A stretch of DNA of 60,768 nt, filler included, from Sphacelaria rigidula (GCA_964200075.2; 6 parts of 6 records of this genome joined end to end with filler, not necessarily neighbours in it); one strand, 5' to 3'. Shown: positions 24,292-37,849, numbered from the whole stretch's first letter. Notes: a model not told the origin generated them from the letters alone. Translations and numbers: made by a program.

Positions 24292-25005
24292 CTGAGCAGG
24301 ACGGGAACGCCCCCCAATGCCCAGCGAAATGCAACCGAAGAGGCTGATACGTGTAATCAGCGAAGAATTGTACTCTCGAATCAAGTAAGAACCAATGCTG
24401 GCTCCTCAGAGCTTCTGAGGAGAACGAAATGACCGGAAATATATGTACCTGTCTGCAGGGCTCGCCAGTGCGAAACAAGATAAACCGTATTAGCTGTAAT
24501 ACAAGGTTCCCCTTCGGGAGGTTGGTACGGGCCTCCCGGGGATGACGCAAGTCGAAAACATATGGTGAAGAGAGGCTGTTGCTGTGCGATGCCGCGCCCA
24601 ATTTGAGGTACTTTTGGCCGAAACTTTACCAGGATGTCTTTCACGCGAGTGCCCGTATGTGTTGGGGCGTTGTCATCGTCTTTATCAATTTGTAAGGAAG
24701 TCATAGCATTTTTCCTATTTTTGCTGAAACTTGACCTCGCTCCAACTTCCTGTTTGTTCTTGTTTTTCCTCTCCACCCCCAATAGGGTTGCGCGGGTTGA
24801 TAATAAAAATGTCGTGTCAAATTTCAGCGCCCAACTCTTCGAATTACCGATGGCATCTCCACTTTTCATTAAAATTCTCAGTCAGCTGGCCCAGCTCGTA
24901 GCAGTTCATGTTGCTGATGCATCTACACATGGTGTAGCCCTGCATGTAGGACTATGTCTGGTGTGGTGTGGTGTACAGCCAAGCTCACATTCTGTGAGCT
25001 TGATA

Positions 25006-25225
25006 GCATCGTGTGCGTTGGCTTTGAGTTCGGGAGTGAACATAGCTCTGTGGTTCCTAAGGTACACAGACAGTTCAGTAAATCTCCTAGAGCAGTCTAT
25101 TCGACACCCGATTGACGGCATCGTGTGCGTTGGCTTCGAGCTTGAGGCGTGAATATAGCTCCGTGGCTCCCACGGTACACAGACAGTTCAACAAAATCTC
25201 CTACAGCAGTCTAGCCGACACGCGA
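25006..25225. repeat. diverged tandem duplication of about 110 bp
   Basis: gcatcgtgtgcgttggctt...ggtacacagacagttca...aatctcctaNagcagtcta occurs twice. Confidence 0.8.
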
Positions 25226-26106
25226 GGAACTTTCCTCGTGGTTAGAAGTTTTCTGTGGACAGGATCCGTGGGTCTTACTCTCGGTAGAACGCTAAGGACT
25301 GTTGGGCTCGCGTAACTGGGATCCACATAACTCAGATGCCACGGTGTCAGAGGATTCACGTTGAAACTAAATAATAAGGTATCTCAGATCATTCGACTTG
25401 TGTTTGCTGGCCAAGGCGATGTTCAATTGTTGTCAACTGCTTTGCTCTCATGTTCTCGTCACATTCGCTGCATAACTGCTGCCTTCGTGCTCCCAAATCA
25501 AGGAGAACGCGAAGTAAATCATGGTGTAAAAACACCCCGCCTAAATTTATCTGTTCGGACGATGATCTTCAACAGGCTTTTGTGGTTCGGGTTCCTGTTT
25601 GAAGTTGTCCATTATCTTGAAAAGGCTTTTGTGGTTCGGGATCGACACCCCGCGAAAAAGAGCCAGTTTGAGCGACTTTCGGTGGCCAGAGCAGGCGCCA
25701 CAGGTATGAGATGACAATCAAACCTGAACGGTCATGTACCGCTCCGCCTTCTTCGTGCGCTGCAGAACAAAGCGCGGGATAAAATGCCTTACTGCCAGGG
25801 AAAACTCGGCAAAAGTGGTGAAAAATGTGAAATGATACGTGTACATATATCCCAAGGCTCCCCTTGCTAAAAATTAAATGTAACCCCAAAACATGTGCAG
25901 AGGATTACGCGAGCAATGATGTGAGCATATCCCAAAAGCATGGCGTGTGTGCATGCCATTGATTGAAAACATAGTGCATCCCCAGAGCTGTGGAGCAACC
26001 TCAGTAGGACGGAACCTCTATGCTCGAAAATAAAAATAAAAATAGAAATGAAAATGAAAAATGAAAACAAACTACCATTGGGAGGCCGCGGTTTTGTCTG
26101 TCTGGG

Positions 26107-26462
26107 GGGTTGTTGTGTTGTCGTCCCATCTATTCTGCACGGCGGTCTACACCTTTCGGTATATGTGGGCGCACCAGCCGGGGTCACACAGGAGGAAGGT
26201 CAACACAAGAGTTTTTTATTTTGTTTGTTTTTTGTACCCTCACCTTCCTTCTGCCGTGCTTGCCTTTATTTTTTATCGCGAAGGGGGTGCAGCAATCCCT
26301 TTCCCTCCTCGACCGTTCAATCGAATTTTGTGTACCCACGACATAGTCGCTCTCCACTCTTGGGCATGGTGTGAGAAAAAATCCCACATCGCTCCGAGAT
26401 CTGAACTCACGACTCAGCCGTCAAAAGGTTTCGAGTTTACCACCTGAGCCACCGGGGGGACC
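26107..26462 (-). mobile_element. SINE family B, full length
   Basis: Reverse complement is colinear with 26788-27143. Confidence 0.85.
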
Positions 26463-26787
26463 AGTTGCGTTGTGGGATGTGTCACTCCAACACTTAACAG
26501 CAAAATGTACTCTAACTGCACTGCACTGCACTGCACTGCACAGAAATTAGCCATGTCCCTAACCTCTTTTGCAGCTTGCTTAACCCTTTTTTTTGCGCTG
26601 TGTAAGAGCCCTCATAATATTCGTTCCTGTGAGTGTTGGGGAGGGTAGATGCCCGGGAATTTCCTCTACCGAATATTGTGTTGCCATGGTCCGATGTCCA
26701 AACTCTACTCAAATATTGGGTAAAGGTAGGTACGATCGCATTACTCTACCCAATATCTGGGTATTGTTGAGTACGATCTCAATAACC

Positions 26788-27143
26788 GGTCGCCCCGGTG
26801 GCTCAGTTGGTAACCTCGAAACCTTCTGACGGTTGGGTCGTGGGGTCGAATCTCGGAGCGATCAGGAATTTTTTCTCACACCATGCCCAACAGTGGAGAG
26901 CGACCATGTCGTGGGTAAACCAAATTCGACTTCACGGTCGGCGAGAGAAAGGGACTGCTGAACCCCTCTCGCGATTAAAAATAAAAAGTCAAGCACCGCA
27001 GAAGGAAGGTGGGGCACTAAAAACAAATAAAAAAGAAAAAGCTCGTGTGTGTTGACCCTCCTCCTGTGTGACCCCGGCTGGTGCGCTCATACATGCTAAA
27101 AGGTTTAGACCGGCGTCCAGAATAGATGGGACGATAACACAAA
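26788..27143 (+). mobile_element. SINE family B, full length (tRNA-like head with Pol III A/B boxes)
   Basis: GGTCGCCCCGGTGGCTCAGTTGGTA (A box)...GGGTCGAATCTC (B-box-like), A-rich middle, structured 3' end, ACA-rich tail; seven copies in the window. Confidence 0.85.
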
Positions 27144-27414
27144 AGACTCTACCCGAGCTTTGGGAAAATCGAGTACGATTTTCCAAAAAATCAAAATGTA
27201 GGAAATACCCTACCCAACACACAAGACTTTCTTGGAATACATTCCAAATATTTTTGAGATCTCTATGCTACAAAATCTCCTGGAAGAGCCAGCCACCATG
27301 TAAAATAGCAGCTTTCATAATACCTTCACTATGGGTTTATAGAAGAACCGCATCTACCACCCCCCACCTTAATGTCGGCAGTAAGCATAACGCCGGCTCC
27401 TATTTCCATCTTAC

Positions 27415-27565
27415 TCGGCGTTTCTCTCGTCTCAAGCAACTCCTTCACTGACCGCCGCGTCACCAAAGTAGGCCTCGAAACCCCACCGGGGGGTTCGTGG
27501 GCCGTTACTGGGACCGATTCCGGTACCGATCCCGGAGGTGTGCCTTCTTGACGTGGACTAGAGGT
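27415..27565 (-). CDS. candidate low-complexity exon, possibly of the same minus-strand gene
   Basis: ttttccgccgcag|ACC TCT...CCG A|gtaaga; open frame TSSPRQEGTPPGSVPES...KELLETRETP. Confidence 0.45.
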
Positions 27566-28135
27566 CTGCGGCGGAAAAGACGGGAATGCGGGGGCATTTG
27601 ATGGTGCTCAAGGGCATCTTGTCTGTCACAGTAAGTTCAAACATTACATGATATCAACCAGGGAAGCGTGTGCCCCTCATAAAACTTGTCAACTTGTCCT
27701 CGGCTGTTTCACCAAGATTTAGTGTGGACACTAAGGTTTGATTCTTACGTTGGATAACCGCCCCCCCAGCGCTCGAGAGCGTGCTCGGCACGAACACCTG
27801 CTCACGCCGGCGCCGATTTGAGCTACGCCAACTGGTAAAACTCTGTGTACTTCGCACTCCCACTGCCAGAGGGTTCTTGGTTTGCGTAGAGGCGGGTTTG
27901 GAGTTCAGGGGTTTGGGGACGTAGCGCTCCTGAACAATGTCAGCATGACGGACCATATTTTGACGGCAAACCGGCGTAAACCCGCCCCAAGTGAGAGAAC
28001 AAACCTCAGCATGTGAAATCTCCGAAAAATAGCATTGCAACATACAAGACGCGATATGTTATTTTGAATGTTCTAAAAGCGAATACAAGGCAACACTATA
28101 ACTATATTTACCGTTAGTTACGAAAAACAAATATT

Positions 28136-28136
28136 C

Positions 28137-28195
<59 letters not shown>
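28136..28195. repeat. (CAA)20 microsatellite
   Basis: Directly visible. Confidence 0.97.
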
Positions 28196-28202
28196 AAAGA
28201 TC

Positions 28203-28721
28203 TACATGTCGGACAGCTCATGAGCTACCCAAAGTAACTAATCGAAGGGGACCCTTAGATCCCTCATCCAAAAACACAAATTACGTGAAAGCAGGGTGCG
28301 AGAAGCCAAAGCGCTACCTTTGAGCTACTCCGCGTGCTCGGCGTCCAGCGCTAGAGGGAGCAAATTTAGGAAAAGAGTGATGCTACGGTAGGGTGTACAA
28401 ATATTTTCTGGGCTTAGCATTGTTAGGAGCCCTTTATCTCATGCAAAACACGACTTATGAAAATACGTGAGAGTACGCCCGGACTACTACTCCGATGTGC
28501 TGGGGATATCCCGAATAAATTCGCAAACGGGGATGCCCTGACCATTATTCTTGTGCATCTAGAGTTGTTGGGAGCCCCTCAACCAGACAAGATTTCGCGC
28601 GAGAAGCGCACCCCCTACCGTAGCATTGCTCAAAAGCGGCCACATGAGCTAGCTCGTGATCGGGATCAGTACACTGAATATGAAGTAATATTTAGGCAGC
28701 TCATGAGCTGTTCGATGTGTG
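28203..28721. mobile_element. non-autonomous TIR element with CAGCTCATGAGCTG in ~30-bp TIRs; related pieces at 13050-13160 and 14810-14882
   Basis: acatgtcggacagctcatgagctacccaaa ... tttaggcagctcatgagctgttcgatgtgt. Confidence 0.65.
28375..28631. mobile_element. MITE with TIR GAG(T/C)(G/A)ATGCTACGGTAGGG nested in the previous element; second copy at 57422-57657
   Basis: gagtgatgctacggtaggg...ccctaccgtagcattgctc; inverse-colinear with 57422-57657. Confidence 0.8.
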
Positions 28722-29035
28722 AAAGTTTCGACCCGATATCACGAGGGCTTCCTCCGTCACCATGATGTTTTCCATCAGCAATACCTCGTTTCACCTAGCA
28801 AGATCTCGCATGCCGTAAAAATCTCGAGCATTCTCCGAGACCCGTTTTTCTCAGAGTTCACACGTGGCCGCCGTAGATTTTTTACGAGGAGAATCAACGT
28901 TGTCCTTTCCTCATCGCACCCGAGTGGTATACTCCGTATATAACATACGGTACATTGCACTACAGTATAGTACATGCCTGGAAAGAGTGGCCTATTGTGT
29001 ATCGCAACGACTTTCTTCTTCCGAAATGAAAATAG

Positions 29036-29532
29036 CAAGGTTCTGTTCTGGAGGGCACGGGTATGTTCTGTAGGGTATGTGATTCCTTACAGGACGTGAA
29101 GAAATATCGGGTACCGGTATGAAAGTCTTACGGAGACTACAAAACTGTCGAGTACCGGTTTGAGAGTCTCGCAGAAATTTCAGAACTCAGAAAACCCCAC
29201 CGGCAATCGGGTATTTCTTCAAGGGCATACCCGCGCTCTGGGTGGGGGCATACATCATGTACGGAACTCACAGAAGTGTCGGGTAAGGGTATGGGAGGCG
29301 TACAAAACTCACAGACGCTGTCGTGCGGGGTATGGTGGCTGCACAGAAAATTGTGCCCACAACCGGGTATCTTATCAAGAGCATACCCGTGCCCCCGGTA
29401 ATGGTACGGGAGGCTTACAGAACTCACAGAACAATCAGATGAGGGTATGAAAGTCCTACAGAGTTTGCAGAACTATTGGGTACCGATATGAAAGTGTCGG
29501 ATACGGTAAATACCCGGGAAAATACAACCTTG
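29036..29532. mobile_element. non-autonomous hAT-like element: CAAGGTT TIRs, 8-bp TSD GAAAATAG/GGAAATAG, internal minisatellite
   Basis: gaaaatag|caaggttctgtt...aatacaaccttg|ggaaatag. Confidence 0.75.
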
Positions 29533-29656
29533 GGAAATAGCTACAGTGGTGCCGGGGGGGGCTTTCCCCTCGCTAGTCGGACTCGAATCACCAAGCGAGA
29601 ACAACTGCAGTAGTGCTGAAGGTGCTTCCCTCCCTATATAGTCACACTCAGATTAC

Positions 29657-29740
29657 CTTGTCTGTGTCGGACGACGTTTCAGACAAAGTGCTGCAGTGGC
29701 TGCTACTCCGCTCTTTGAGGCCGTGGCCACTCTTCCGCAT
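29657..29740 (-). CDS. candidate first exon of the minus-strand gene
   Basis: ATG CGG AAG...GAC AAG|gtaatc; MRKSGHGLKERSSSHCSTLSETSSDTDK. Confidence 0.3.
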
Positions 29741-30335
29741 CACAGGAACATGCGGCCACGGGAACGAAATCGAGGGCGGAGGCAAGCAGGGGAGGGGGGG
29801 TGAGGTGGGGGGGGGGGGGGGGGAAAATGTTGACGAATGGGACCAATTTTTTTTTTTCCCCGCCCAAGTCGAAACCATGGGATACACTNNNNNNNNNNCT
29901 CGTTTGTGAAAAAGCAAGTAATAGTGGAAGACGAAGGATATGATTTTGAGAAAAATCACTCTCCAAGATGGTAAACTGTTGACGAATGGTACACATTATT
30001 TTTCATCACCGCACAAGTCGAAACCATGGTATACACTAGCCGTTCCAAGTTGTAGAGCACAGTCAAGGGTTGCCCTGCGCAGCAGGGACCTTCCACACCA
30101 TGAGCAAGGCCTTTTGGTTTCCGCCTGGTAACATGCGATACGTGGACAGTACCCAACGCACCAAAATTCACCCAACATTTTTCTCCAAGTATGAAATTGC
30201 GGTACAGTACGTACATACATAGATCAGTCTAAAATATCGGATCTTGGACGACAGACGATAAGATAGCAAGATCTACTCCAAAAGGAGAGAGAGAGATGAG
30301 GGGGGGGGGGCGTACTCATTTGTTGCTTGCCTTAG

Positions 30336-30435
30336 NNNNNNNNNNNNNNNNNNNNNNNNNNNNNNNNNNNNNNNNNNNNTTAATTAATTAANNNNNNNNN
30401 NNNNNNNNNNNNNNNNNNNNNNNNNNNNNNNNNNN
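30336..30435. other. artificial contig spacer
   Basis: N44-TTAATTAATTAA-N44. Confidence 0.98.
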
Positions 30436-33400
30436 ACACAGGAAACTGGCCAGGACCCCCGTGAAGTGGCAAGGGAAGTCGAAAAAGGAATTTGCGAATT
30501 TACAAGGGACCTCGGGAGATACGGGGGATTCGAAACATGATGGGCGTGAAAAATGGTTCTGTGAAGGAGAGGTGGTGTTGGATTTTCCGGAAGCAAACAG
30601 CACACTTCGCGCGTGACTGTCCGGAACGACATTGAATGGGATGCGGAAGGAACGGACACTCTTATCAGGATTGTAATACAGGAGAAAACGAAGATACAGC
30701 GACGGCAGTAGGGTCGTCGGGTAGCAGCGATTCTTCAGTATGTTCGGAAGCGGACGCAGAAGCCTTTTGAATAATGATGGCATGAGACCTATGCAAGACT
30801 CAAATACCCCTTTGTTTTTATGTTTTGAGTGTTCGTGGCCGTCAGGCAGATGAGCGATTCGTGTACCCAAGGAAAGGTTGTTGCCCAGGTGGATCGAGAT
30901 ATTGGATATCTCTGGAAAATGCTGAGGTCATATTTTTGATATGGACACCGAAACTCAGTATTGATGTTTGACGAATTTCTGGCTCGATGAGTGCAGACCT
31001 ACTTTGCGCGTTTGTTTGACTCGATTGATGAATAGAAAATCGTCTGCCGTTTTGGTAAGTGTGAGGAGAGCGGGGCACCGCGACTTGACTTGACTGTGGA
31101 ACGGTGTCGGTAAAATTGCACAGAGTGAAGTGCGTGAAGAGTGTTGAGAACATGTTTTGACATGGTTGCCGGATCTCAACGCTTATGTGTAACATTGTTG
31201 CCACCCCGGTGAGCGCAGGACTGTGGGGCACCACACCCTTACTCGACCGGTTGAGGTGGAACCTTGTTCGTCGCCTTGGTGAGTACAGGCACGTGGGGGC
31301 ACTGCTGTCTGACTAGACTAGAGGGTGATGTCGGTAAAATGTTCCGCAGAGGGTTATGCGGATGAATGATGGTTGAGACCACAAATTTGAGGTGGGTTCC
31401 GAAACTCGACATCTAAGTGAAAAAGTTGTTATCATTCCGAGAGGTGTAGGATTCGCGAGGCATCGGCTTCTTGACTGGATCGGTTGATGAAACTTTGTTA
31501 TTATGGTAGGAGCAAGAACTGAGTGTCGCGCAATACTAGTAGCTTGGCCTGATCATGATAACATCGGAAGAGTGACTGTGGGCACAAACGAAATTCCTGT
31601 GCTACAGGTCAGCAAAACGCATATGACACATATTTGATGGCTAATAGATACAGCTGACTTTATGAGCGAGATGCGGTTCATGTGCACAGCATGATAAAAC
31701 AAAAGTGCATTGTATCACCCATATGGGAGCTGGTCGTTGCTCGGTTGGCTGGCCAGGCGAATTCCATACAGGTTTACACATGTTGGCCCGGCATGTAAAA
31801 GGCGAAGTGTACTGTTTCATGCAGCCAGGATGGTAGCGGCCGAACTGCCGTTTGATCCATGTGTTGTATGTGATGGAGAATTGAAGAGTTGAAATAATAG
31901 TGCTTAATCCGGGTATAATATGAGGGTGTGCGTTCGCGACTGCCGAAACGCGACACCACAGTACGGTACGTGGTAAAAGTATGTTCATCGGTTGGTGATT
32001 GACGCGCCTGAATGACATGGATATTAATACTTTTCCTTTCTGTTGTCCCACTGCCCATTCCCCTCGGGTATGCACGATATGTGAGACGCTGAGCCTCCAA
32101 AAACCATTTTTGTCTAACATAGGTGCTGTCTGTAAGACTGAGACGAGCATGATGTGACGGTTGGTTTTGGAGGGAGGTGACCGGCCAGGATCAGGATCAA
32201 CCCCTCGCTGCGAATCTCCCCACTATGGGGGAAGGATGATGAATGCAGCACTCCTTCCCCGTGGCCAAGAAGCGGGCGGGGAAAGACTTTGATTAGCAAG
32301 AATTGGGAGGGGGGCTGATTCTGATCGTGTGTTTAGTCTGGAGGCGTTGAGCTGCTTTGCTCCGCCGGTCACCGAGGGGGAATAAGGGGTTAAGTAAATG
32401 TAGTGAGTGTCTTGTTTGACTTGATGACGTAGGCACTACTATAGTATGGATTGCAAAATTTGAGTTTGAAATTTGATTCTTGTACTGTAGGCAGCTGACT
32501 GACTGTGAAGTGGATTTTGCAACATGTGATCCGAGTTACGAAAGTTGTCAACTGCAAATGTGTTGTGTGGGTTCTTATATGTTACGTAGGAGCTTGGTCT
32601 CGCGTGCGTAGTGCAGGTTACTCGAATGCTACGTACGACCACCCACGCTATTGTAAGGGGCATGGGCTAGTACAGTTGAAGAATTTGACTTGCGTTTCGC
32701 TTGGATTGACCATCAGGAGCTACAGTGTGATGAAACACACAGCTCATCCATCCTTGTTTTTGTCTTGGTGTGAAAAGAAATGTACCGATGTATTTGATTC
32801 TTGGCTGGTCCCATAGTCGTTGAAAGAAGTAACGAGTTTCGGGATTTGCGGTTGTTTTACGGTTGCTGATGAAATTCATTTCTTGAGAGGATACACCTGT
32901 TGAATGCACCTGTTGAATGCGCCGTGAGCGGAAGAGTTCTTTTTCCGGTGAGTAGTTCTGTTCACAAAGTATGGTCCATGAACCTTACTTTTGACACACG
33001 CAGTCTATGGGGGGGTGTTCGTAGGATGGCCTGCGGTGTCCAGTAAGATACACCAAGTCAGGGTAAGGTACAACAGTCTAGTGATATACATATTTGAGTT
33101 CCGGGTACTATGCAGGATGACTTTATATTGTGATGTTAGTGAATGGACATACGTGAGTGGTGCTTGTCACATCCTGAGACTTTGGTGCCTACTGGGGTTA
33201 CTCCCCTTCCTTCCCTCTTCATCAACAAAGCTTTATATACATTTCTACCTCATCTTGATCGGCGGTCAGCCGTGTCCATTGATCGACTATCGCAGTCGTG
33301 TCCATTGATCGACTATCTGAGTCGAGTCTGTACCCCATCCTCTGACGGGGTCACGAAGCTACAAACACATTACACCCCTGGTCGACAACGACACCCCCGT

Positions 33401-35500
33401 GGGTGGATCGAGTTCGACGACGCAACATTTGAGATTTAGAACTGCTCTTCTCTCGCCACCCAAGATAGTTTTCATCTACACGTCAATATTTGTCACATGT
33501 ATTGGAATTTGCCCGGGGAACCGGTAACTGAGTTTGACCCTGTAGCCAATTGCGTGCATAGCTGGTATGTATGTGCGCTGTTTTCCTTTACTGTGATCAA
33601 CGGCAAGACGCAGCTTATCGTGCCATTGCTCCGCATTAAAACACAAATTCCGGCGTGCTGCCATCAGTGCTGTCAACAAGCTGTGTGTTTTGTCGTCCGA
33701 CGTATGGTTCAAAGGAACCTACCCCTTGTCGGCATGATATAGCAAAACAAAAAAATCGCGTCTTCGCCGGAGCGATTGGCTCCTGCTGTCTTTTGTCCAG
33801 TCTTTTCAACCGTGTTAAACTATCAAACCGGTACGCAGAGGCTGTGTAAGACCTTTCTTGACTTTACTCGCCAGTTTGTTATTATCTGAAACTGCCTCAT
33901 ACCCCTGGTCGACGACTCTGCAAGGTCTGTAAGCCTGCCGTAATTCTGGCCCGGATTCAACATATATATCCTTGTGCGTATATGTGATGCAGGCAGAGTA
34001 CGGGTATTACTCGGGAGGGGTGAAGATTCAAACTCAATCCCCACCTTTGTTCTGAAAACTCGCACTTGTTCCCCAAACTCCATCCATCTAACACCCCTTG
34101 GTATTCAACTCCGTACACCCTTCAAGATATGTTTCCCAGTTCGGGGAACAGACAGGTTACAGGGTACGAGTTGGAAGGGAAAGTGAAACATGATAATCAA
34201 CAGGTATCGGACCGAGAGGGGGGCCTTCATCTGCGCCGCCATCGGTATAAATTTTATGGCATTGGTCTATGGTGTCCAACCCTATCTCGTATGGGACCGG
34301 TTTATTGCATACACGGGGTATCTGTACAGATATTATCCCTATACGACAGTTCGGTGACTTCTGGGAAACTTTCATTACCGTAACCGGCAGTTCTGTAGCT
34401 TCTCTTGGACTGTGGTTGGCCTATCTGATTTTTCTAGTGAAATCTGTAAGGCTTACGTTGCCCAGCTTGATAGCTCTATTACTTCAGTGTCACTTGCACA
34501 CCCATACTCGACAGATCTTTGACTTCAGTAACGCTTTCCCAATCCCTTGACAGTTCTGTGACTTGTCGAAGACTGTCCTACCGGTCCACGGCAGTTGCGT
34601 GACTGTTGTGATCCACCATACCCTTTCAAGATAGTTCTGTTCTTTCTGTACACACAGTTTAACCCTACACCCTTGTACAAATATCCGGGTGCGTGTTCTA
34701 TTTTCTATGCAACCCTTTTTCATCACAAGACCACCAGTGGATTCTCTGTAAGCCTCCTGTCCCTACCCGACAAGTTCCGTGGCCTCCGAGCGATTTTTTA
34801 TCGGTACTCCCTACTTCTGTATGATCCACGAAAACTCTCGTACCCCACCCAATGCACCTTAACGCTACAAAAACTTGAATTTATTCTCGGGGCTGTGAAC
34901 AATCAGCTCTGTTCAGTTCCGTCAACACTTGCCGCGCCAGTTGCCACTCCATCCCCTTTTTCCAGCTGATCGCCCCTCCCGGCTGGTACGGGGTCCCGCT
35001 CAGGAGCGTTGCCCAAGTCAGATTGTTTCTCGTGTTTGACCTTTTTTTCAGGCGGTAACCGTAATTGGTTGTGAATTATGTAACCAGTCACTGCACGCTG
35101 ATACAAGTCTCGTACTGCTCTAACATTTCTTCGGTATGTAGTAGCGATTCGAGCATCATTTCTCTACACCATCCAGCAGCAGATCCTCTTCTTGGGGACC
35201 TGGGGATCGGAACAAGCATGCCATACCCTGGCAGTACCTTGGGCAACTGAGGTGAAAAGGTTCTCACCGCAGCTGATTCGATAGAACGCTTGTGTATTTT
35301 GTGATCGCCCGTGACCGGATTTTGTTTTCTTTGGATGAGGTCCATACCTGCTACATTACTTCGACGTATTGGGAATATCTCCTGCTTCATGTTGACATCG
35401 ATCTTAATGCAATTGTGAATTGGGGTATGGAGTTCGGCACTTCAGCACCAAGCGTCCCACCATAACTGAGACCCACCTCTTCATTTCTTCGTCTATTTCA
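30436..35500 (-). mobile_element. heavily decayed Ty3/Gypsy LTR retrotransposon pol region
   Basis: Broken minus-strand motifs in Gypsy order: RT (LRLAVDH ~33600, FVTP ~33350), RNase H (NSDH ~32530), integrase (HPG zinc-finger region ~31830, SYH ~31505); many stops and frameshifts; boundaries approximate. Confidence 0.55.
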
Positions 35501-36157
35501 TTCGACTGACGAGCCTTCGACCGACCCGATGTCGGCGATGAAAAAAACTGCAGAACAACCGGGTACCGCCGACGTTTGTGGGACCTGAACCGCTGTAGAC
35601 TGCTGACTTCAACCTTATAACCTAATCGTACACAGTGTTTCTTTCTTATAAACTCCCCATCATTGAGCTACTCTAAATATCACTCGGTATAGACAAGCGG
35701 GGCAACATCTCCACATGAACTGGACAACTCCAGTAATAGCAATGAAGATATAGAATTTTTACTGGCTCACTCCCCAGCCCATTTCTTCGATCCTTTCGGC
35801 GTACTCTCCCACCGGAGTTGGCGCCAACCACTGCAAGCCCACGATTCGACACACATTAGGAACGGGACGCTGGGAGGGGACCTCTCACCTTCTTTGTGAT
35901 GATACACTCCTACATGCTAGACTTGCTTGTACAGAATGCCACACTTACGTGGTCATGGTCTCCTCAATGCAGGTTCATCGAGAAGTATCCTGATAACCGA
36001 AGGCAACTTCTTATCTACTTGACATCGTTGCTTTCAACACCCGTTCGTCGCGCATTCGCTCACAGTACAACGATCTTCTTTCCTTCCGTACTATTTTCTC
36101 TCTGAGCTTTCCGCAACCGTCGCTTCGTTCTCCTCCCAACTCGTTCGGCATTGACAG

Positions 36158-36752
36158 GTGCTCAACCTGCAACACCCACATCTTTGCCTCACAGGATACA
36201 AAACCAGTCCCGAAGGGCTCCAGAAAACAGCTGTCCTTCCTCTGCTTAGCGTGTGGCGGCGACATCGATGTCAGCACCCCGTACCACCGCATGTCCGATC
36301 TTACCGGCGATAAAGACAGGGTATACGCCCACGCGGACGGCCGCGCGTGCGTAAAAACCCTCGTGAAAGTGGCTGAGGAGTGCACTCATCCGTGTTACGA
36401 GTGTACAGCAACCCTGTCCCAAAAAACACTCTATGATCTCTTGGCGGGGGATGGAAAACTAGCTTTCATAAGGTTTGACCTCTGTTTCTACGACACGCGT
36501 GTCACGCTCCTGTCTGATTTCCAACGGCACTTGTTGAAGGAGAAACCGTCATACGCGTCAAGAAACGACGATTCGACACCGCGCAAAGCACCGCGGGTCA
36601 GTGATAACCCCCTATCCCCTCCCGGAAACCAACCCGTCACGCCACCAACTAAGATCTCCCCTCCCCTCGAAAAGAAGAAAAACAGTACGACCCGACAAGG
36701 TAGCGGACCCCAGCCACCAGGAGCGGAGCTGGAAGCTAAACCGCCGCTGACG
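36158..36752 (+). CDS. orphan Cys/His-rich exon followed by a Pro/Lys-rich linker
   Basis: ttgacag|G...ACG|gtaagt; ~198 open codons with CSTC, CLAC, HADGRAC, CTHPCYEC. Confidence 0.45.
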
Positions 36753-37270
36753 GTAAGTACCACAAGTGGCCATTCCTTGTCCCTGTTCAACTCCCTCTCA
36801 ACTATGTGTAGTCTTATTTTCATCCTGCCCTCTCACACCTTCAATGATTGCTCTCGTCGGTACCAGACTTTTCTTTCTTTCTTTTTTCCAACATGCCTCA
36901 GTGCAATCTTCAGCCTGCACGCTTGTTCACGCCTCTTCGTTCCTTTACCTTCCCCTTGTCTACCTTCTTGATGCCGTGCTGCGTTCCAAAACCAAATGTC
37001 TACACTCGGAACGTGACGAACTTCGTCAAATCCGATATCATCCACGTCAGCTTCCGTTAGTCTCTGTGACTTTTTAGCGGCGTCGTTTCTTCTCGTTTTG
37101 GGCTCCGGTTCTTTCGGCGTTGTGTAGTCTTACAGTAACGTCGTCAAACCAACGTCTTTTTCCCAGTACTTTTCGCGGGCGAGGATTGGGGGGGCATTGG
37201 GTGTGTCCTCAGCTTTATATTGCTTTCGTTCTAAACTGCTCCCGACACATCACGGAAACATCTGCTTCTA

Positions 37271-37575
37271 GCGCCCCGGTGGTGTATTGATCCGACTGTT
37301 GCCGTTTGGGCGGAGAGAACGGGGGTCCGATTCCCGGTTGGTTGAGTTTTTTCTTCGTTATGTACGATTTCCACCGTGGAAAACGTGAGTACGTGGGTAA
37401 ACAATATTAGTCTACGGGGTTTGTGTGACGTGGGTTGACGCGGTGCGGAAGTGCTGAACCAATCCGCAAGAGCGAAACGAAAGGCGCGTACCGGGGGAGA
37501 GGTGAGTTGATCCCTCGAGACCACGGACTCATTCCGAGGAAGGAGAGGGTTGAAAGTGTGAGGGGGAAAACAAAC
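37271..37575 (+). mobile_element. SINE family A, full length
   Basis: gcgccccggtggtgtattga...ggtccgattccc...gagaccacggac...gaaagtgtga; colinear with 58291-58610. Confidence 0.85.
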
Positions 37576-37849
37576 GGGCAGGTAGGTTTGAGGTTTTCGA
37601 ACTTGGATTAGCACTGGGTAATTACACCGAGCTAATATTAGGGTGATCAACTCACTTGATGTTGGTGCTGAGCTTAGTCAGTTGATGTTTCGTCGATGAA
37701 GCCATCACCTAATTTCCTTGAACCTGGGATATTTTTCAATATTATCAAGTATTTTTCGGCGTGGTTCTCGCTGCCTGTGACATGTCGATTCCTGTGTTTG
37801 CTCTTCCTACATGTACATGCAGCAGGGGGTGGTAATTTGGTCGTCTAGA

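Noticed and set aside
24381-25330. Large additional exon of the bactofilin-like gene
   Set aside because: Coding-like and ends at a plausible donor (24449), but there are stops or frameshifts in all frames upstream of 24870, so boundaries could not be supported.
26788-26860. tRNA gene calls for the SINE heads (A/B boxes, anticodon-like loop)
   Set aside because: No complete acceptor stem; the heads continue into a shared ~300-nt body and tail in many diverged copies, so they are SINEs.
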